Part shown: positions 38,725 to 48,469 of the stretch, piece by piece | Layout: each line of letters begins with the position of its first letter | Position numbering within the stretch: the stretch's first letter is position 1 | Source: Candidatus Latescibacterota bacterium | Lineage (GTDB): Bacteria > Latescibacterota > UBA2968 > SICM01 | Assembly (NCBI GenBank): GCA_965217865.1 | Contig: CBDCJO010000002.1 | Location: 864,001 to 928,000 of the forward strand | DNA: 64,000 bases | Direction of reading: 5' to 3' | Program-made: the position numbers and the translations under genes | The notes under the pieces: generated by a model | Seen by the model: the letters and a program-made list of their open reading frames with translations, nothing else | Told to the model about the DNA's origin: nothing | The model's database searches: none

Positions 38725-40361
38725 AAGTCGTCTCTTTCGTTGGTGGTCTAACCCATCTGTATAACCAGGGAATATTAAAAAAATGTGTTCCTGAACTGAA
38801 GGTCGTAGCCCTTCTTTTCGATCATCTTAAGTACCTTACTGAGCTGGAAGCTGTACGAGATCTAGGAATCGATATCGTTTTACACGACAGGAAGCACCTG
38901 GATGAATCGTTATGGGACCCCCGGCCGGACCTGTTATTTTTAGCCACGGCTTATCCGGAACCTTTCCGTTGCGGACTGGTAGGCCGGGCCATCCGACTCG
39001 GTATTCCCGTTGCGGCCATCGAAGAGGTCAACCAGATGGCAAATCAGAATGGAAGGAGCACACACTATTTCCTGCCCGTGGACCAACTGGGGGTGGCCTC
39101 TTCTTTCGAGGCCGAACGATTTAGAGAAATGGGTTTTCTTTCTGAGCAGATCGTTCTGACGGGCTGGCCATTTTTCTCGAATAATAAGGGTTCAGCACTT
39201 CAGCCCCGGGAAAAACTGAGAAAGGGGCTGGGTATCTTACCTGACTCCAGTGTGGCTCTTCTCATCTTGAGTCTCGTCAAGGAGAAGAACCTCCAGTGTT
39301 TCGAGACGCTGCGAATGAGGAAGGAATTGCTGAAACTTTCCGCCAGGGGAATTCCGGAGAGGATGACACTCGTCGTCAAGCCTCATCCGGCGGAGGACAG
39401 GGACTTTGTGGCGAAGACGGTTAAAAGCTATGCCCCCCGAGCAATTTTGCTTCAGAGCGAAACGCCCATTGAGGAGGCTCTGTCGATCAGCGACCTGGTC
39501 ATCAGCCTGGGCAATTCCCAAGTGGTGTTCGAGGCGATGCTGCGGGGACTTCCTCTGGTCATCGTGCCTCTCGGGCTGACCACGATGTTCGACGATTCGA
39601 TGCCGGAACTGATCGTTCGGTCTCCGGAAGATATGGGGTCGTTGTGCAGGCAGACTCTCAAAGACACACCGGATTATACCAATCTTCTTTCCCATCACGT
39701 CCCCTTCTCCCCTGAAGAATCTCTCGAGAGAACGGCCCATTTTATTCGACAGGTCATTTCGAACCCCCGGTTGATGCCGAAATGGACTAAATCCCTTGAT
39801 CTGTGCCTCCAGATGCAGTTTGTGGGGATGGAGGTTGAGGCCCGGGAGGAACTGAAGGCGTTCGCTCAAGATGAATCTCTGCCGAATGAATTCAAGGTTA
39901 TCCTGGAGCTTCTTGAAAGGCTTTTCGATCAGGAGGCTAAACCTTCGGATATCCGGGTTTTGATTGAGGCCTTCCAGGGTCACAAAATCCGCCAATGGCA
40001 TATTCAAGCCTTGTGGATTCGCCAAATGTATTCTTCGCGGAAAGATCGTATTTTGATTCAATCAGGCCTTCCGCTGGTTCAGTCGTTCGACGGATCGGTC
40101 AATGCACATTACTTTATTCACGAACTCCTGATGCGAATGGACCTGGAATATGCCGGAGGTGATGAATCCGAAGCGGACCGGCTGCGCGAATGGTTTGAGA
40201 GGGACTTCTACTTTTTGGATGATTTCCGCAAAAGAGATTTTCGTCTTCGGCTTTTTAAGGATGGCAGATTCGACGGCCATGTGGTTCGGTATTTGTTTTC
40301 GAAAGGGTTTGGAGTGGGACGTCGAATGGCCAGGATTGTGGGCGCAGGAGTCAGAAAATGA
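38721..40361 (+). CDS. Hypothetical GT-B-like protein
   Basis: TGWP, VVKPHPAE and SQVVFEAMLRGLP motifs. Confidence 0.6.
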   Translation: MKVVSFVGGLTHLYNQGILKKCVPELKVVALLFDHLKYLTELEAVRDLGIDIVLHDRKHLDESLWDPRPDLLFLATAYPEPFRCGLVGRAIRLGIPVAAIEEVNQMANQNGRSTHYFLPVDQLGVASSFEAERFREMGFLSEQIVLTGWPFFSNNKGSALQPREKLRKGLGILPDSSVALLILSLVKEKNLQCFETLRMRKELLKLSARGIPERMTLVVKPHPAEDRDFVAKTVKSYAPRAILLQSETPIEEALSISDLVISLGNSQVVFEAMLRGLPLVIVPLGLTTMFDDSMPELIVRSPEDMGSLCRQTLKDTPDYTNLLSHHVPFSPEESLERTAHFIRQVISNPRLMPKWTKSLDLCLQMQFVGMEVEAREELKAFAQDESLPNEFKVILELLERLFDQEAKPSDIRVLIEAFQGHKIRQWHIQALWIRQMYSSRKDRILIQSGLPLVQSFDGSVNAHYFIHELLMRMDLEYAGGDESEADRLREWFERDFYFLDDFRKRDFRLRLFKDGRFDGHVVRYLFSKGFGVGRRMARIVGAGVRK

Positions 40362-42193
40362 CTTTTTTCTTAAGGCGACTTGAATCATTAATTTGCCATG
40401 AAAAATGGCACTGGGCATTTCCGATTGCACTTTGTGTCTTCTGGGCGATTTTCTGTTTGCCTACCGTGTTCTATAACCTGGATGACACACGCATGATTGC
40501 TTATTTCAGCCACGATGACATATATCTGCTCGACACCATCTGGTATTTTTATAGCGGCGAATATAATCCTGAAACCATTCAGGCCGGAAGTATAGAAGGT
40601 ATGCGGGACTATGGTCTATTGTTTCGCTATATCGTCGATCTATCACGTATTTTCATCGAACCCTTTACAGAAATTACGCCCGGCCTTCTGTGGGGAATCG
40701 TTCGATCACTATACCTCACCTGTGGTTTACTTGCCATCCTGGCATTATGGCGAATGGCCATACGGCACTTCGGCAAGGGCTGGGTGCCAGTCATCAGTGT
40801 GTTGGGCCTTGCTCTTTGTCCGTCGTTTGTCTGGCATTTGGACTTTTGCAAACCCGAACCGATCACGCTTCTTCTGACGATTGTTGCATTCGACCACATA
40901 TTGCGCATCGTCGAGCATGGCTCAGTAAGAAGTATCATAATCGCTTCAGCCTGTGCCGTTGGCGCAATTGTGGTCAAACTTGTTGGTATTTTTATTTTGC
41001 CAATAATCATGTTGGCAATTTTTTTTCATTGGTGGCTTTCAAAGGATCGTTACAACCCAACGGTGTGGGTGGGTTTTTTCATGATTGTTGGGGGTATCAT
41101 ATGGGGGATCAGGATAAATTCTCTAGGCCGAATTATTGAATCTTCGCAGCGAGGTATTATCTTTTCGCAGATATTTTCCGCAATTGTATTGGTTCTTGGT
41201 TCGAGTGCAGCTTTTTTCGTTGTTTTTGGATTCCGTTGGCTCCTTGATCCTAAAGATTTTATATCAAAATTCATCGAGATTTCGAGTTACTCCCTATTTT
41301 CAAAAGCGAATCCCATCGGGGATCCGATCGGGTATGGGAAGGCCCTATTTCTCAATATTGGCGAATTCGTCTACACCATCAGTGGGCTCAGGCTGCTTCT
41401 GTTTGGATGGTACAACAACCCTAATGTGGCTGAACCCAAAATTGCAGGTGACATCTTCACCCCTTTCGGCCTGGTGTTAATTCTCTGGTTTGTCGTCATA
41501 GAATTTAGAGGATTTGGGGGGAAGTGGAACATCGGAGATATCAAGTTTTTTAAACGATCGCATTTAGCCCTATTTTTTGTGGGTTTTGCATCCTATATGG
41601 TTTTAACATCATTCCGCAGCACACGTCACATGCACCATTTGATGTATTTGGTTCCCCCCGGTTTTTTGCTCATCGGCCAAATACCCCAGTTGATCAAAAA
41701 GAGGGGCAATTATCAAAAAGATATATTCATTCTCGTTGTCCTTCTTGTCGCGACCTTTTCCCTGAATGGGCAAACCGCCATTCGATGGCGGCTTAATAAG
41801 CTTGAACAGGGAAGGGGGTCCGATGATATTGTGTGGCAGGTCCAAAAATGGTGGCGAGACAATGTGTCTGTAGATACGCCAATCGTCGCTGATCTTCCTT
41901 GGAAATCTTATCTGCCTCCCGAATACCAAAATGTTTCCTTCTTTAACTCCCGAGCACATAATGGGAAGGATTATTCGCGAGCACATGCATCGTTACTTGA
42001 GAAGATTGATATGAGAAAACCGGAAATGGTTTACTACAATGCCGGTTCACGGGGAATTCAACCCCCCATGAATAATCTTCCTGGATATAAAATTCAACAG
42101 ATCGCCAGCTTTCAGGGAAATTATTATACAAGATATAGAAACAACGGCGATAGATTCATTGTTTATAAAATAAAACCGATTTCTGATATTTGA
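40358..42193 (+). CDS. ArnT/PMT-like GT-C membrane glycosyltransferase
   Basis: Many TM helices; DD in the first loop; KPE and VKL motifs; soluble C-terminal domain. Confidence 0.65.
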   Translation: MTFFLRRLESLICHEKWHWAFPIALCVFWAIFCLPTVFYNLDDTRMIAYFSHDDIYLLDTIWYFYSGEYNPETIQAGSIEGMRDYGLLFRYIVDLSRIFIEPFTEITPGLLWGIVRSLYLTCGLLAILALWRMAIRHFGKGWVPVISVLGLALCPSFVWHLDFCKPEPITLLLTIVAFDHILRIVEHGSVRSIIIASACAVGAIVVKLVGIFILPIIMLAIFFHWWLSKDRYNPTVWVGFFMIVGGIIWGIRINSLGRIIESSQRGIIFSQIFSAIVLVLGSSAAFFVVFGFRWLLDPKDFISKFIEISSYSLFSKANPIGDPIGYGKALFLNIGEFVYTISGLRLLLFGWYNNPNVAEPKIAGDIFTPFGLVLILWFVVIEFRGFGGKWNIGDIKFFKRSHLALFFVGFASYMVLTSFRSTRHMHHLMYLVPPGFLLIGQIPQLIKKRGNYQKDIFILVVLLVATFSLNGQTAIRWRLNKLEQGRGSDDIVWQVQKWWRDNVSVDTPIVADLPWKSYLPPEYQNVSFFNSRAHNGKDYSRAHASLLEKIDMRKPEMVYYNAGSRGIQPPMNNLPGYKIQQIASFQGNYYTRYRNNGDRFIVYKIKPISDI

Positions 42194-42223
42194 CGAATAT
42201 CAATAGTCGATATATGGACCTGA

Positions 42224-43009
42224 ATGGAGATGAAAATGAATGAGGACCAACTATCTTTAACCTGTTTCTTTCCTTGTTATAACGATGCCTATACCATCGC
42301 GAGCCTCATAGGGGCCGCGGATGTGGTTGCTCGAGAATTCACTCCCGACTATGAGATCATTGTTGTTGATGATGGAAGCACAGACAGCAGCCGGGAACTT
42401 CTGATTGACCTCCAGGAAAGGTACGTCAATCTTAAATTAATTTTCCACAAAAAAAACGTTGGATATGGGGGTGCCTTACAAACGGGCTTTCGTGCTGCGA
42501 AAAAAGATCTGGTGTTTTATACGGATGGAGATGGCCAGTACGATGTATTTGAACTTCGAAAATTCCTGAAAGTCATTCAAGATGGTGTTGATGTCATAAA
42601 CGGTTATAAGATCGATCGTGCAGATCCCTTACATCGAATCATTATTGGAAAGATATATCTCTATCTTATGAGGTTGCTTTTTAATTTCAAAATTCGTGAC
42701 GTCGATTGCGATTTTCGACTGATGCGGCGAAAAGTTTTTGACAAAATATCATTAGAACACACAAGTGGCGTTATCTGTATTGAATTGGTTAAAAAGCTTG
42801 AATTGAAGAAGTATCGGTTTGTGGATTTTCCAGTCCATCATTACCATCGCATGCATGGAAAATCACAGTTTTTCAACTTTAGAAGGCTTTTCCGGACTGG
42901 CATAAATATTCTCCGGCTCTGGACGACGGTAATTCTAAAGCCCAACTTCCGTCGAATGTTCAATCTAAAGGTTGAACATGCTGCGATAGAAGGATTCCAT
43001 GGCAATTGA
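42224..43009 (+). CDS. Polyprenol-phosphate glycosyltransferase (GT2, DPM1/ArnC-like)
   Basis: PCYND, VDDGSTD, NVGYGGAL, TDGDGQYD and DVDCDFRL motifs. Confidence 0.88.
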   Translation: MEMKMNEDQLSLTCFFPCYNDAYTIASLIGAADVVAREFTPDYEIIVVDDGSTDSSRELLIDLQERYVNLKLIFHKKNVGYGGALQTGFRAAKKDLVFYTDGDGQYDVFELRKFLKVIQDGVDVINGYKIDRADPLHRIIIGKIYLYLMRLLFNFKIRDVDCDFRLMRRKVFDKISLEHTSGVICIELVKKLELKKYRFVDFPVHHYHRMHGKSQFFNFRRLFRTGINILRLWTTVILKPNFRRMFNLKVEHAAIEGFHGN

Positions 43010-43994
43010 TTATGAAGCATATCAGGGGAAGAAGGTACTAATAACAGGTGGATTGGGATTTATAGGCAGCAATCTGGCAATTCGCTTGGTGGAGTTAGGG
43101 GCTAATCTGACTTTAGTGGACTCCATGATTCCGGATTACGGCGGGAATTTATTTAATATCCATCCTGTTCGAGATCGAGTTAACGTTAACTTTTCAGATG
43201 TCCGTGATGAACACAGCATGGATTTCCTCGTCCGCAATCAAGATTTTCTATTTAATCTGGCAGGCCAGGTTAGTCACATCGATAGTATGGGGGATCCATA
43301 CACCGATCTTGAAATCAACGTCCGGAGTCAAATATCAATCCTTGAGGCATGCCGAAAGAATAATCCCAATATCCGCATCGTTCTTACAAGCACGCGGCAA
43401 GTATATGGAAGGCCGGATCATTTACCCGTAAAGGAAAGTCATCCGCTTCTTCCCACTGATGTTAATGGAATTAATAAGATGGCTGGGGAATGGTATCATC
43501 TTCTTTATCATAAGGTATTTGGAATTCGATCGGTCGCTTTGCGTCTGACGAACACCTATGGACCCCGACAACTGGTGAAACACAACCGGCAGGGATTTAT
43601 ACCTTGGTTCATTCGTCAAGCCGTTCGGGAGGAAGAAATAAAAATCTATGGCGACGGAAATCAATTACGGGATGTGAATTATGTTGATGATGTGGTTTCT
43701 GCATTGATCGGGGCTGGCGTTTCTCCCACAGCATACGGAGAAATATTCAACCTGGGAAGCAACCCTGTATCATTATTAGATTTGGTGAGAATGATCATTG
43801 AGGTTAATGGGAAAGGGAATTATCAATTTGTAGCCTTTCCACCAGAGAAAAAAAAGATTGATATCGGAAGTGTTTATGCGGATTACGGAAAAATTCGGGA
43901 CCAGCTTGGCTGGAACCCAGAAATTGATTTGAGGAATGGATTAGAGAGAACCATTTCATACTACAAAGAGTATGGAAATCAGTACTGGGAGTAA
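42999..43994 (+). CDS. NAD-dependent epimerase/dehydratase
   Basis: GGLGFIG and RLTNTYGP motifs; the YxxxK motif is replaced by NGINK. Confidence 0.88.
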   Translation: MAIDYEAYQGKKVLITGGLGFIGSNLAIRLVELGANLTLVDSMIPDYGGNLFNIHPVRDRVNVNFSDVRDEHSMDFLVRNQDFLFNLAGQVSHIDSMGDPYTDLEINVRSQISILEACRKNNPNIRIVLTSTRQVYGRPDHLPVKESHPLLPTDVNGINKMAGEWYHLLYHKVFGIRSVALRLTNTYGPRQLVKHNRQGFIPWFIRQAVREEEIKIYGDGNQLRDVNYVDDVVSALIGAGVSPTAYGEIFNLGSNPVSLLDLVRMIIEVNGKGNYQFVAFPPEKKKIDIGSVYADYGKIRDQLGWNPEIDLRNGLERTISYYKEYGNQYWE

Positions 43995-44002
43995 GATTAA
44001 TA

Positions 44003-45103
44003 ATGGTCATACCATTTGGCGATCTCAAGCGTCATTATTTTTCTATAAGAAAACAGGTAGAAAGAGCAGTCCGATCGGTCTTAGAATCGGGATGGTTTAT
44101 TCTGGGTGAGAGATGCAAGGCTTTTGAAGATGCCTTCTCCACATATTGCGGTTGCAAATTTGGTGTTGGAGTTGGGTCGGGAACCGAAGCCCTTCACTTG
44201 GGGCTTGTGGCGTGTGGTGTTAGGCCGGGGGATGAGGTTATTACGGTGGCCAACACTTGTGTTCCTACCATATCAGCGATTTCTTCCGCGGGTGCCCGAC
44301 CGGTTTTTGTAGATGTTCACCCTCAGAGTTACAACATGGATCCAACACAAATTAAACCTAAGATTACTTCCAAGACACGGGCCATCTTGCCAGTACATCT
44401 CTATGGACAAGCCGCCGATTTAGACCCCATTCTTTCTATAGCCCGAGAAAGAAACCTGAAAATCGTCGAAGACTGTGCACAGGCACATGGCACTGAATAC
44501 AAAGGTCAAAAAGTCGGATCGTTTGGAGATGTGGGATGTTTTAGCTTTTATCCCAGTAAGAACCTGGGTGCGTTTGGAGACGGTGGAATGGTCGTCACGA
44601 GTGCCCCCGAAATCGCAGAAAACCTTAAAATGCTCAGAAATTACGGACAGAGCCGTCGATACCATCACGACATCAAAGGTTATAATAGCCGTCTGGATGA
44701 GATTCAGGCTTCGATTCTCCATACGAAGTTATCATACTTGGATGGTTGGAACTCCCGGCGCAACGAGATAGCAGGCTTTTATCGAGAGCATGTTAATCAT
44801 CCCGATATTATTCATCCCTGTGAGATGGGTTATGGAAGGCATAATTTCCACCTTTATGTGGTCCGGGTTCCTGAGAGGGACGGTTTAAAGATACGCTTAA
44901 AAGAAAAGGGGATTGGTACAGAGATTCATTTTCCGATACCCATTCATCACCAGAAGGCATACTCTGACCTGAATATTCCAGGGGATTCATTACCCGTGAC
45001 TGAAAGATTTTGTGGCGAAATCCTCAGCTTACCGAATTATCCTGAGCTTAATGAAGAAGAGATAGGATATATCGCTCAAACGATCCAGGAAGAGGTAGGA
45101 TAG
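44003..45103 (+). CDS. DegT/DnrJ/EryC1 sugar aminotransferase
   Basis: EDCAQAHG, FSFYPSKNLGAFGDGG and NSRLDEIQA motifs. Confidence 0.92.
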   Translation: MVIPFGDLKRHYFSIRKQVERAVRSVLESGWFILGERCKAFEDAFSTYCGCKFGVGVGSGTEALHLGLVACGVRPGDEVITVANTCVPTISAISSAGARPVFVDVHPQSYNMDPTQIKPKITSKTRAILPVHLYGQAADLDPILSIARERNLKIVEDCAQAHGTEYKGQKVGSFGDVGCFSFYPSKNLGAFGDGGMVVTSAPEIAENLKMLRNYGQSRRYHHDIKGYNSRLDEIQASILHTKLSYLDGWNSRRNEIAGFYREHVNHPDIIHPCEMGYGRHNFHLYVVRVPERDGLKIRLKEKGIGTEIHFPIPIHHQKAYSDLNIPGDSLPVTERFCGEILSLPNYPELNEEEIGYIAQTIQEEVG

Positions 45104-45106
45104 CTT

Positions 45107-45841
45107 TTGCATGTCGATGAATATAAACGGATGTATAATATTGAAGACACCTATTGGTGGTATCGGGGTCTTCATGAGTTTATCATTTCCACCCTTCTGA
45201 ATTTTTTTCCTGACATAAAAAATAAACTCCTATTGGATGTGGGTTGTGGCACGGGGGGGCTTTTGGAAAATCTCAGAGATTTCTGTCCTAAGTCATTCGG
45301 GACTGAAATATCGCCGGAAGGACTTAAGTTTTGTGGCGTTAGAAATCTTTCGGGATTATTCAGGGGGTCCGCAACCACGTTGGCTTTGAAGGATAATATA
45401 GGAGACGGTGTAATCTGCCTGGATGTTATCCAGCACAAGCGTATTCAAAGCGATATGGAGGCGCTAAGGGAATTTCATCGAATTTTGAAACCCGGCGGGA
45501 TTTTAATCCTAAATTTGCCGGCATTTTCTTTATTAAAAGGGGCTCACGATCTGGTGGTCCAAACTCGTGAACGGTATACCATGAATCTCATGAAACATCG
45601 TCTTGATTATATTGGATTTAAGATTCTCAAAATGACGTATAGGAATGCTATACTTTTTCCCTTAATCATGATAAAACGTTTGCTGGACTCGTTGTCCAAT
45701 GCCCCACCCAGGTCGGATCTAAAACCACTCCCACCATGGCTCAATCGTATTCTATTTAAATTGGTTTGTATGGAAAATTTGGCACTAGCACATATCAATG
45801 TTCCATTTGGTTCTTCATTATTTTGTATAGCTCAGAAATAA
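45107..45841 (+). CDS. Class I SAM-dependent methyltransferase
   Basis: YWWY, LDVGCGTG and LKPGG motifs. Confidence 0.88.
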   Translation: MHVDEYKRMYNIEDTYWWYRGLHEFIISTLLNFFPDIKNKLLLDVGCGTGGLLENLRDFCPKSFGTEISPEGLKFCGVRNLSGLFRGSATTLALKDNIGDGVICLDVIQHKRIQSDMEALREFHRILKPGGILILNLPAFSLLKGAHDLVVQTRERYTMNLMKHRLDYIGFKILKMTYRNAILFPLIMIKRLLDSLSNAPPRSDLKPLPPWLNRILFKLVCMENLALAHINVPFGSSLFCIAQK

Positions 45842-45861
45842 TGTATCGAGGTTAGGTTTTC

Positions 45862-47070
45862 GTGCCAGGCGATGTTAAACAGGCCGTTATTCTCGCGGGA
45901 GGAAAGGGAACCCGCCTTGGCGGTTTGACACGCTATCGTCCAAAACCAATGATAGAAGTGGCAGGTAAGCCTTTTTTATGCCATTTGCTCACCCTTCTCC
46001 GACAACGAGGAATCAAGGAAGTGTTGCTGCTGACAGGATTCCTCGGGGAGTCCATTCTTGATTATATTGGAAATGGGGAGAGGTGGGGCTTAAATGTGAC
46101 ATATTCACACACCCCGGTGGAAGATAAAACTGGACGTCGACTTGCGTCCGTTGTGGATCGGTTTGATGGAGAGTTTCTATTGATGTACGCAGATGTCTAC
46201 TGGCCGCTTCCGCTTGAGAGGATGGCCAAAAGCTTTGATGAAAATCCTCAGGCTTTGGCCCTGGTGGCCGCCTACACCAACCGAGAGAGGATTACCCGGA
46301 ACAACCTGAGGGTGGACGAAGCCGATAACGTTCAGCTCTATGATAAAACCAGAAGAGGAGCTGGCCTGACCCACGTCGATTCGGGTTACCTGCTCTGCAG
46401 GCGTGAAATCGTGGATTATTTCCCGCCTGGGAATTTTTCTCTTGAAGAGGCCGTATATCCTAGATTGGTTCAGGATGGCCGGATGGCGGCATTTCCCACA
46501 GAACAGCGTCATTTCAGCATCGATACTCCTGAAAAGATCGAGAGCGCGGAGATATTCTTTGATTCGGGAAGGACGGTGTTCATCGATCGTGACGGAACGA
46601 TCAACCGGTCAGCCGCCCGTTGGGATTATATCCGATCCTGGGAGGCATTCGAGTTTCTGGAAGGCGCGGTGGAGGGCATCCGCACCTTGAAGAAGAAGGG
46701 ATTCCGTGTCATCGTGGTGACCAATCAGGCGGGAATTGCCAGGGGCGAGATGAGCTTAGAACAGGTCGATGAAATTCATGAAAAAATGAAAGAGGCTCTA
46801 AATCGCGCGGGAGCGCCGGTGGATGCCGTTTATACCTGTCCCCACGGCTGGGACGATGGTTGTTTTTGTCGCAAACCGAGTCCAGGCTTGCTCTACCGGG
46901 CGGCCAACGAACTGGCGTTTGACCTTAGCCATGCGGTCCTGATCGGGGACCAGCCAACCGATTTGGAGGCGGCTGAGCGTGCGGGTATCCCTGGGATCCA
47001 AGTGACTGAGGAGTATTCACTTCTTGATGTTTGTAAATCACAAATTAGCCCGTATGCGAATGACAGATAA
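45862..47070 (+). CDS. HddC-like nucleotidyltransferase fused to a GmhB-like heptose bisphosphate phosphatase
   Basis: ILAGGKGTRL..PKPM; FIDRDGTIN, VTNQAG and CPH..CFCRKP motifs. Confidence 0.88.
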   Translation: MPGDVKQAVILAGGKGTRLGGLTRYRPKPMIEVAGKPFLCHLLTLLRQRGIKEVLLLTGFLGESILDYIGNGERWGLNVTYSHTPVEDKTGRRLASVVDRFDGEFLLMYADVYWPLPLERMAKSFDENPQALALVAAYTNRERITRNNLRVDEADNVQLYDKTRRGAGLTHVDSGYLLCRREIVDYFPPGNFSLEEAVYPRLVQDGRMAAFPTEQRHFSIDTPEKIESAEIFFDSGRTVFIDRDGTINRSAARWDYIRSWEAFEFLEGAVEGIRTLKKKGFRVIVVTNQAGIARGEMSLEQVDEIHEKMKEALNRAGAPVDAVYTCPHGWDDGCFCRKPSPGLLYRAANELAFDLSHAVLIGDQPTDLEAAERAGIPGIQVTEEYSLLDVCKSQISPYANDR

Positions 47071-47076
47071 CGACAT

Positions 47077-47820
47077 ATGAGTTATAGTCAAAACGGTCAT
47101 AAAACAATCCTGAGAAGGGTAGTCCGATGGGCAAACAAGCCCATTAAGACATTTTTTCCATCTACTTCCCAGAAAACGGTTGCCTGTTTGCGGGTATGGC
47201 AAGCCAGTCTGGAACAGTTGAAAGCGAACAATTTCGGTTCCTGCCTTGGTGAGGAAAAGGCGACCTTTTTTCGAGGCCAGGTGGCAGAGGCGCTATCTGT
47301 ACCGGGGGATATTATCGAATGCGGTGTATTTCAGGGCGGAAGCCTGATGATGATCGCAGACGCTTGCAGGCAGGCGAATGTGCACAAGCGGATCTATGCA
47401 TTGGACAGCTTTACCGGATTAAACCCGGACGAGTTCCAAGGTGATTTGCAGCGAGGCTTAGTAAAAACAGAGTTAGGCAATTTTCGCCATAACTCATTGA
47501 CTTTAGTCAGGATTAAGGCGAGACGCTTAAGGCTACATCCTGACATTAGATTTGTGAAAGGCTATTTTAAAAATACATTGAAAAGCCAACTAAATCGAAC
47601 TCAATCAATCTGCTTTGCACATATCGATTGCGACCTGTACGATCCGGTTAGACTCTGTGCCGAACAGATTTATTCAAAGATGTCGCCCGGAGGAATCATG
47701 TTATTCGATGACCTTACGACAAGTTATAAAGGAGCGAGAGACGCATTCGAGGAGTTCACTTCTCGGGTCAATTATCGGAAGGTGACCCTCGAAGCCGGGA
47801 TGGGAAGTATTATCATATAA
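47077..47820 (+). CDS. TylF/MycF/NovP-family O-methyltransferase
   Basis: GDIIECGVFQGGS, DSFTG, HIDCDLY and GGIMLFDD motifs. Confidence 0.88.
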   Translation: MSYSQNGHKTILRRVVRWANKPIKTFFPSTSQKTVACLRVWQASLEQLKANNFGSCLGEEKATFFRGQVAEALSVPGDIIECGVFQGGSLMMIADACRQANVHKRIYALDSFTGLNPDEFQGDLQRGLVKTELGNFRHNSLTLVRIKARRLRLHPDIRFVKGYFKNTLKSQLNRTQSICFAHIDCDLYDPVRLCAEQIYSKMSPGGIMLFDDLTTSYKGARDAFEEFTSRVNYRKVTLEAGMGSIII

Positions 47821-47866
47821 TTCACCGTTTATGGTGTAATTTCATGAAAGTATTTGGACTTGGATA

Positions 47867-48450
47867 CCCCTTCCTTTGGAAGGGGAGGAAAAGTTTAGCT
47901 TGCCGAAGGCAAGCTAAAAGGCTGTCTTATCGTGTGCAGACCACTGAGACACAAATCGACTCAGGAGGCATACGATGGGACTCCGACGGACCAGTCACGC
48001 AGTCTATGATAGCCAGTATCCTCTGGTATGGGCACCGAAGTATCGGAAATGGATTCTGCGAGGTGACCTTCGAGAGTATGTGGGCAAGCTGTTTCATCGG
48101 ATAGCAGAGGATTTTGGTTTTGACATCCAAGAGATGGAAGTGGCCGAAGATCATGTGCATATTTTCTTGTCGTTTCCTCCCCGGTATTCGATTTCTAAGG
48201 TAGTGGGCATTTTGAAGAGTATTTCGGGCAGCGGGGTCTTCCGAGAACATCCAGAGGTGAAACGGGAGTTATGGGGTGGAGAATTCTGGGAAGATGGTTA
48301 TTTTGCCCGCACCGTAGGCGACAAGGTGACTTCTGAAGTGATTGAGCAATATATTCGGTATCATCGTCAAGAGCAGAAAGGGCCCCTACAGTTGGATCTG
48401 TTTGGGGATGGGAGTGGTTAATGCCCCGCCCTTTGAGCGGGGTGGTTTAC
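47867..48450 (+). mobile_element. IS200/IS605-family element with tnpA only (left boundary approximate)
   Basis: Subterminal hairpins CCCCTTCC-TTT-GGAAGGGG (47867-47885) and CCCCGC-N7-GCGGGG-TGGTTTAC (48424-48450). Confidence 0.8.
47975..48421 (+). CDS. tnpA: Y1 (HUH) transposase
   Basis: VWAPKYR, DHVH, FWEDGYF and catalytic Tyr in QYIRYH. Confidence 0.92.
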   Translation: MGLRRTSHAVYDSQYPLVWAPKYRKWILRGDLREYVGKLFHRIAEDFGFDIQEMEVAEDHVHIFLSFPPRYSISKVVGILKSISGSGVFREHPEVKRELWGGEFWEDGYFARTVGDKVTSEVIEQYIRYHRQEQKGPLQLDLFGDGSG

Positions 48451-48469
48451 TTCTCCTTATAAGCCATCC

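Noticed and set aside
39237-40061. Long minus-strand ORFs (also 34046-34825, 51315-51983, 37918-38571)
   Set aside because: Antisense to well-supported + strand genes and lacking recognisable motifs
47975-48450. TnpB/omegaRNA system associated with the IS200/IS605 element
   Set aside because: The right-end hairpin follows the tnpA stop directly, leaving no room for tnpB or iscB
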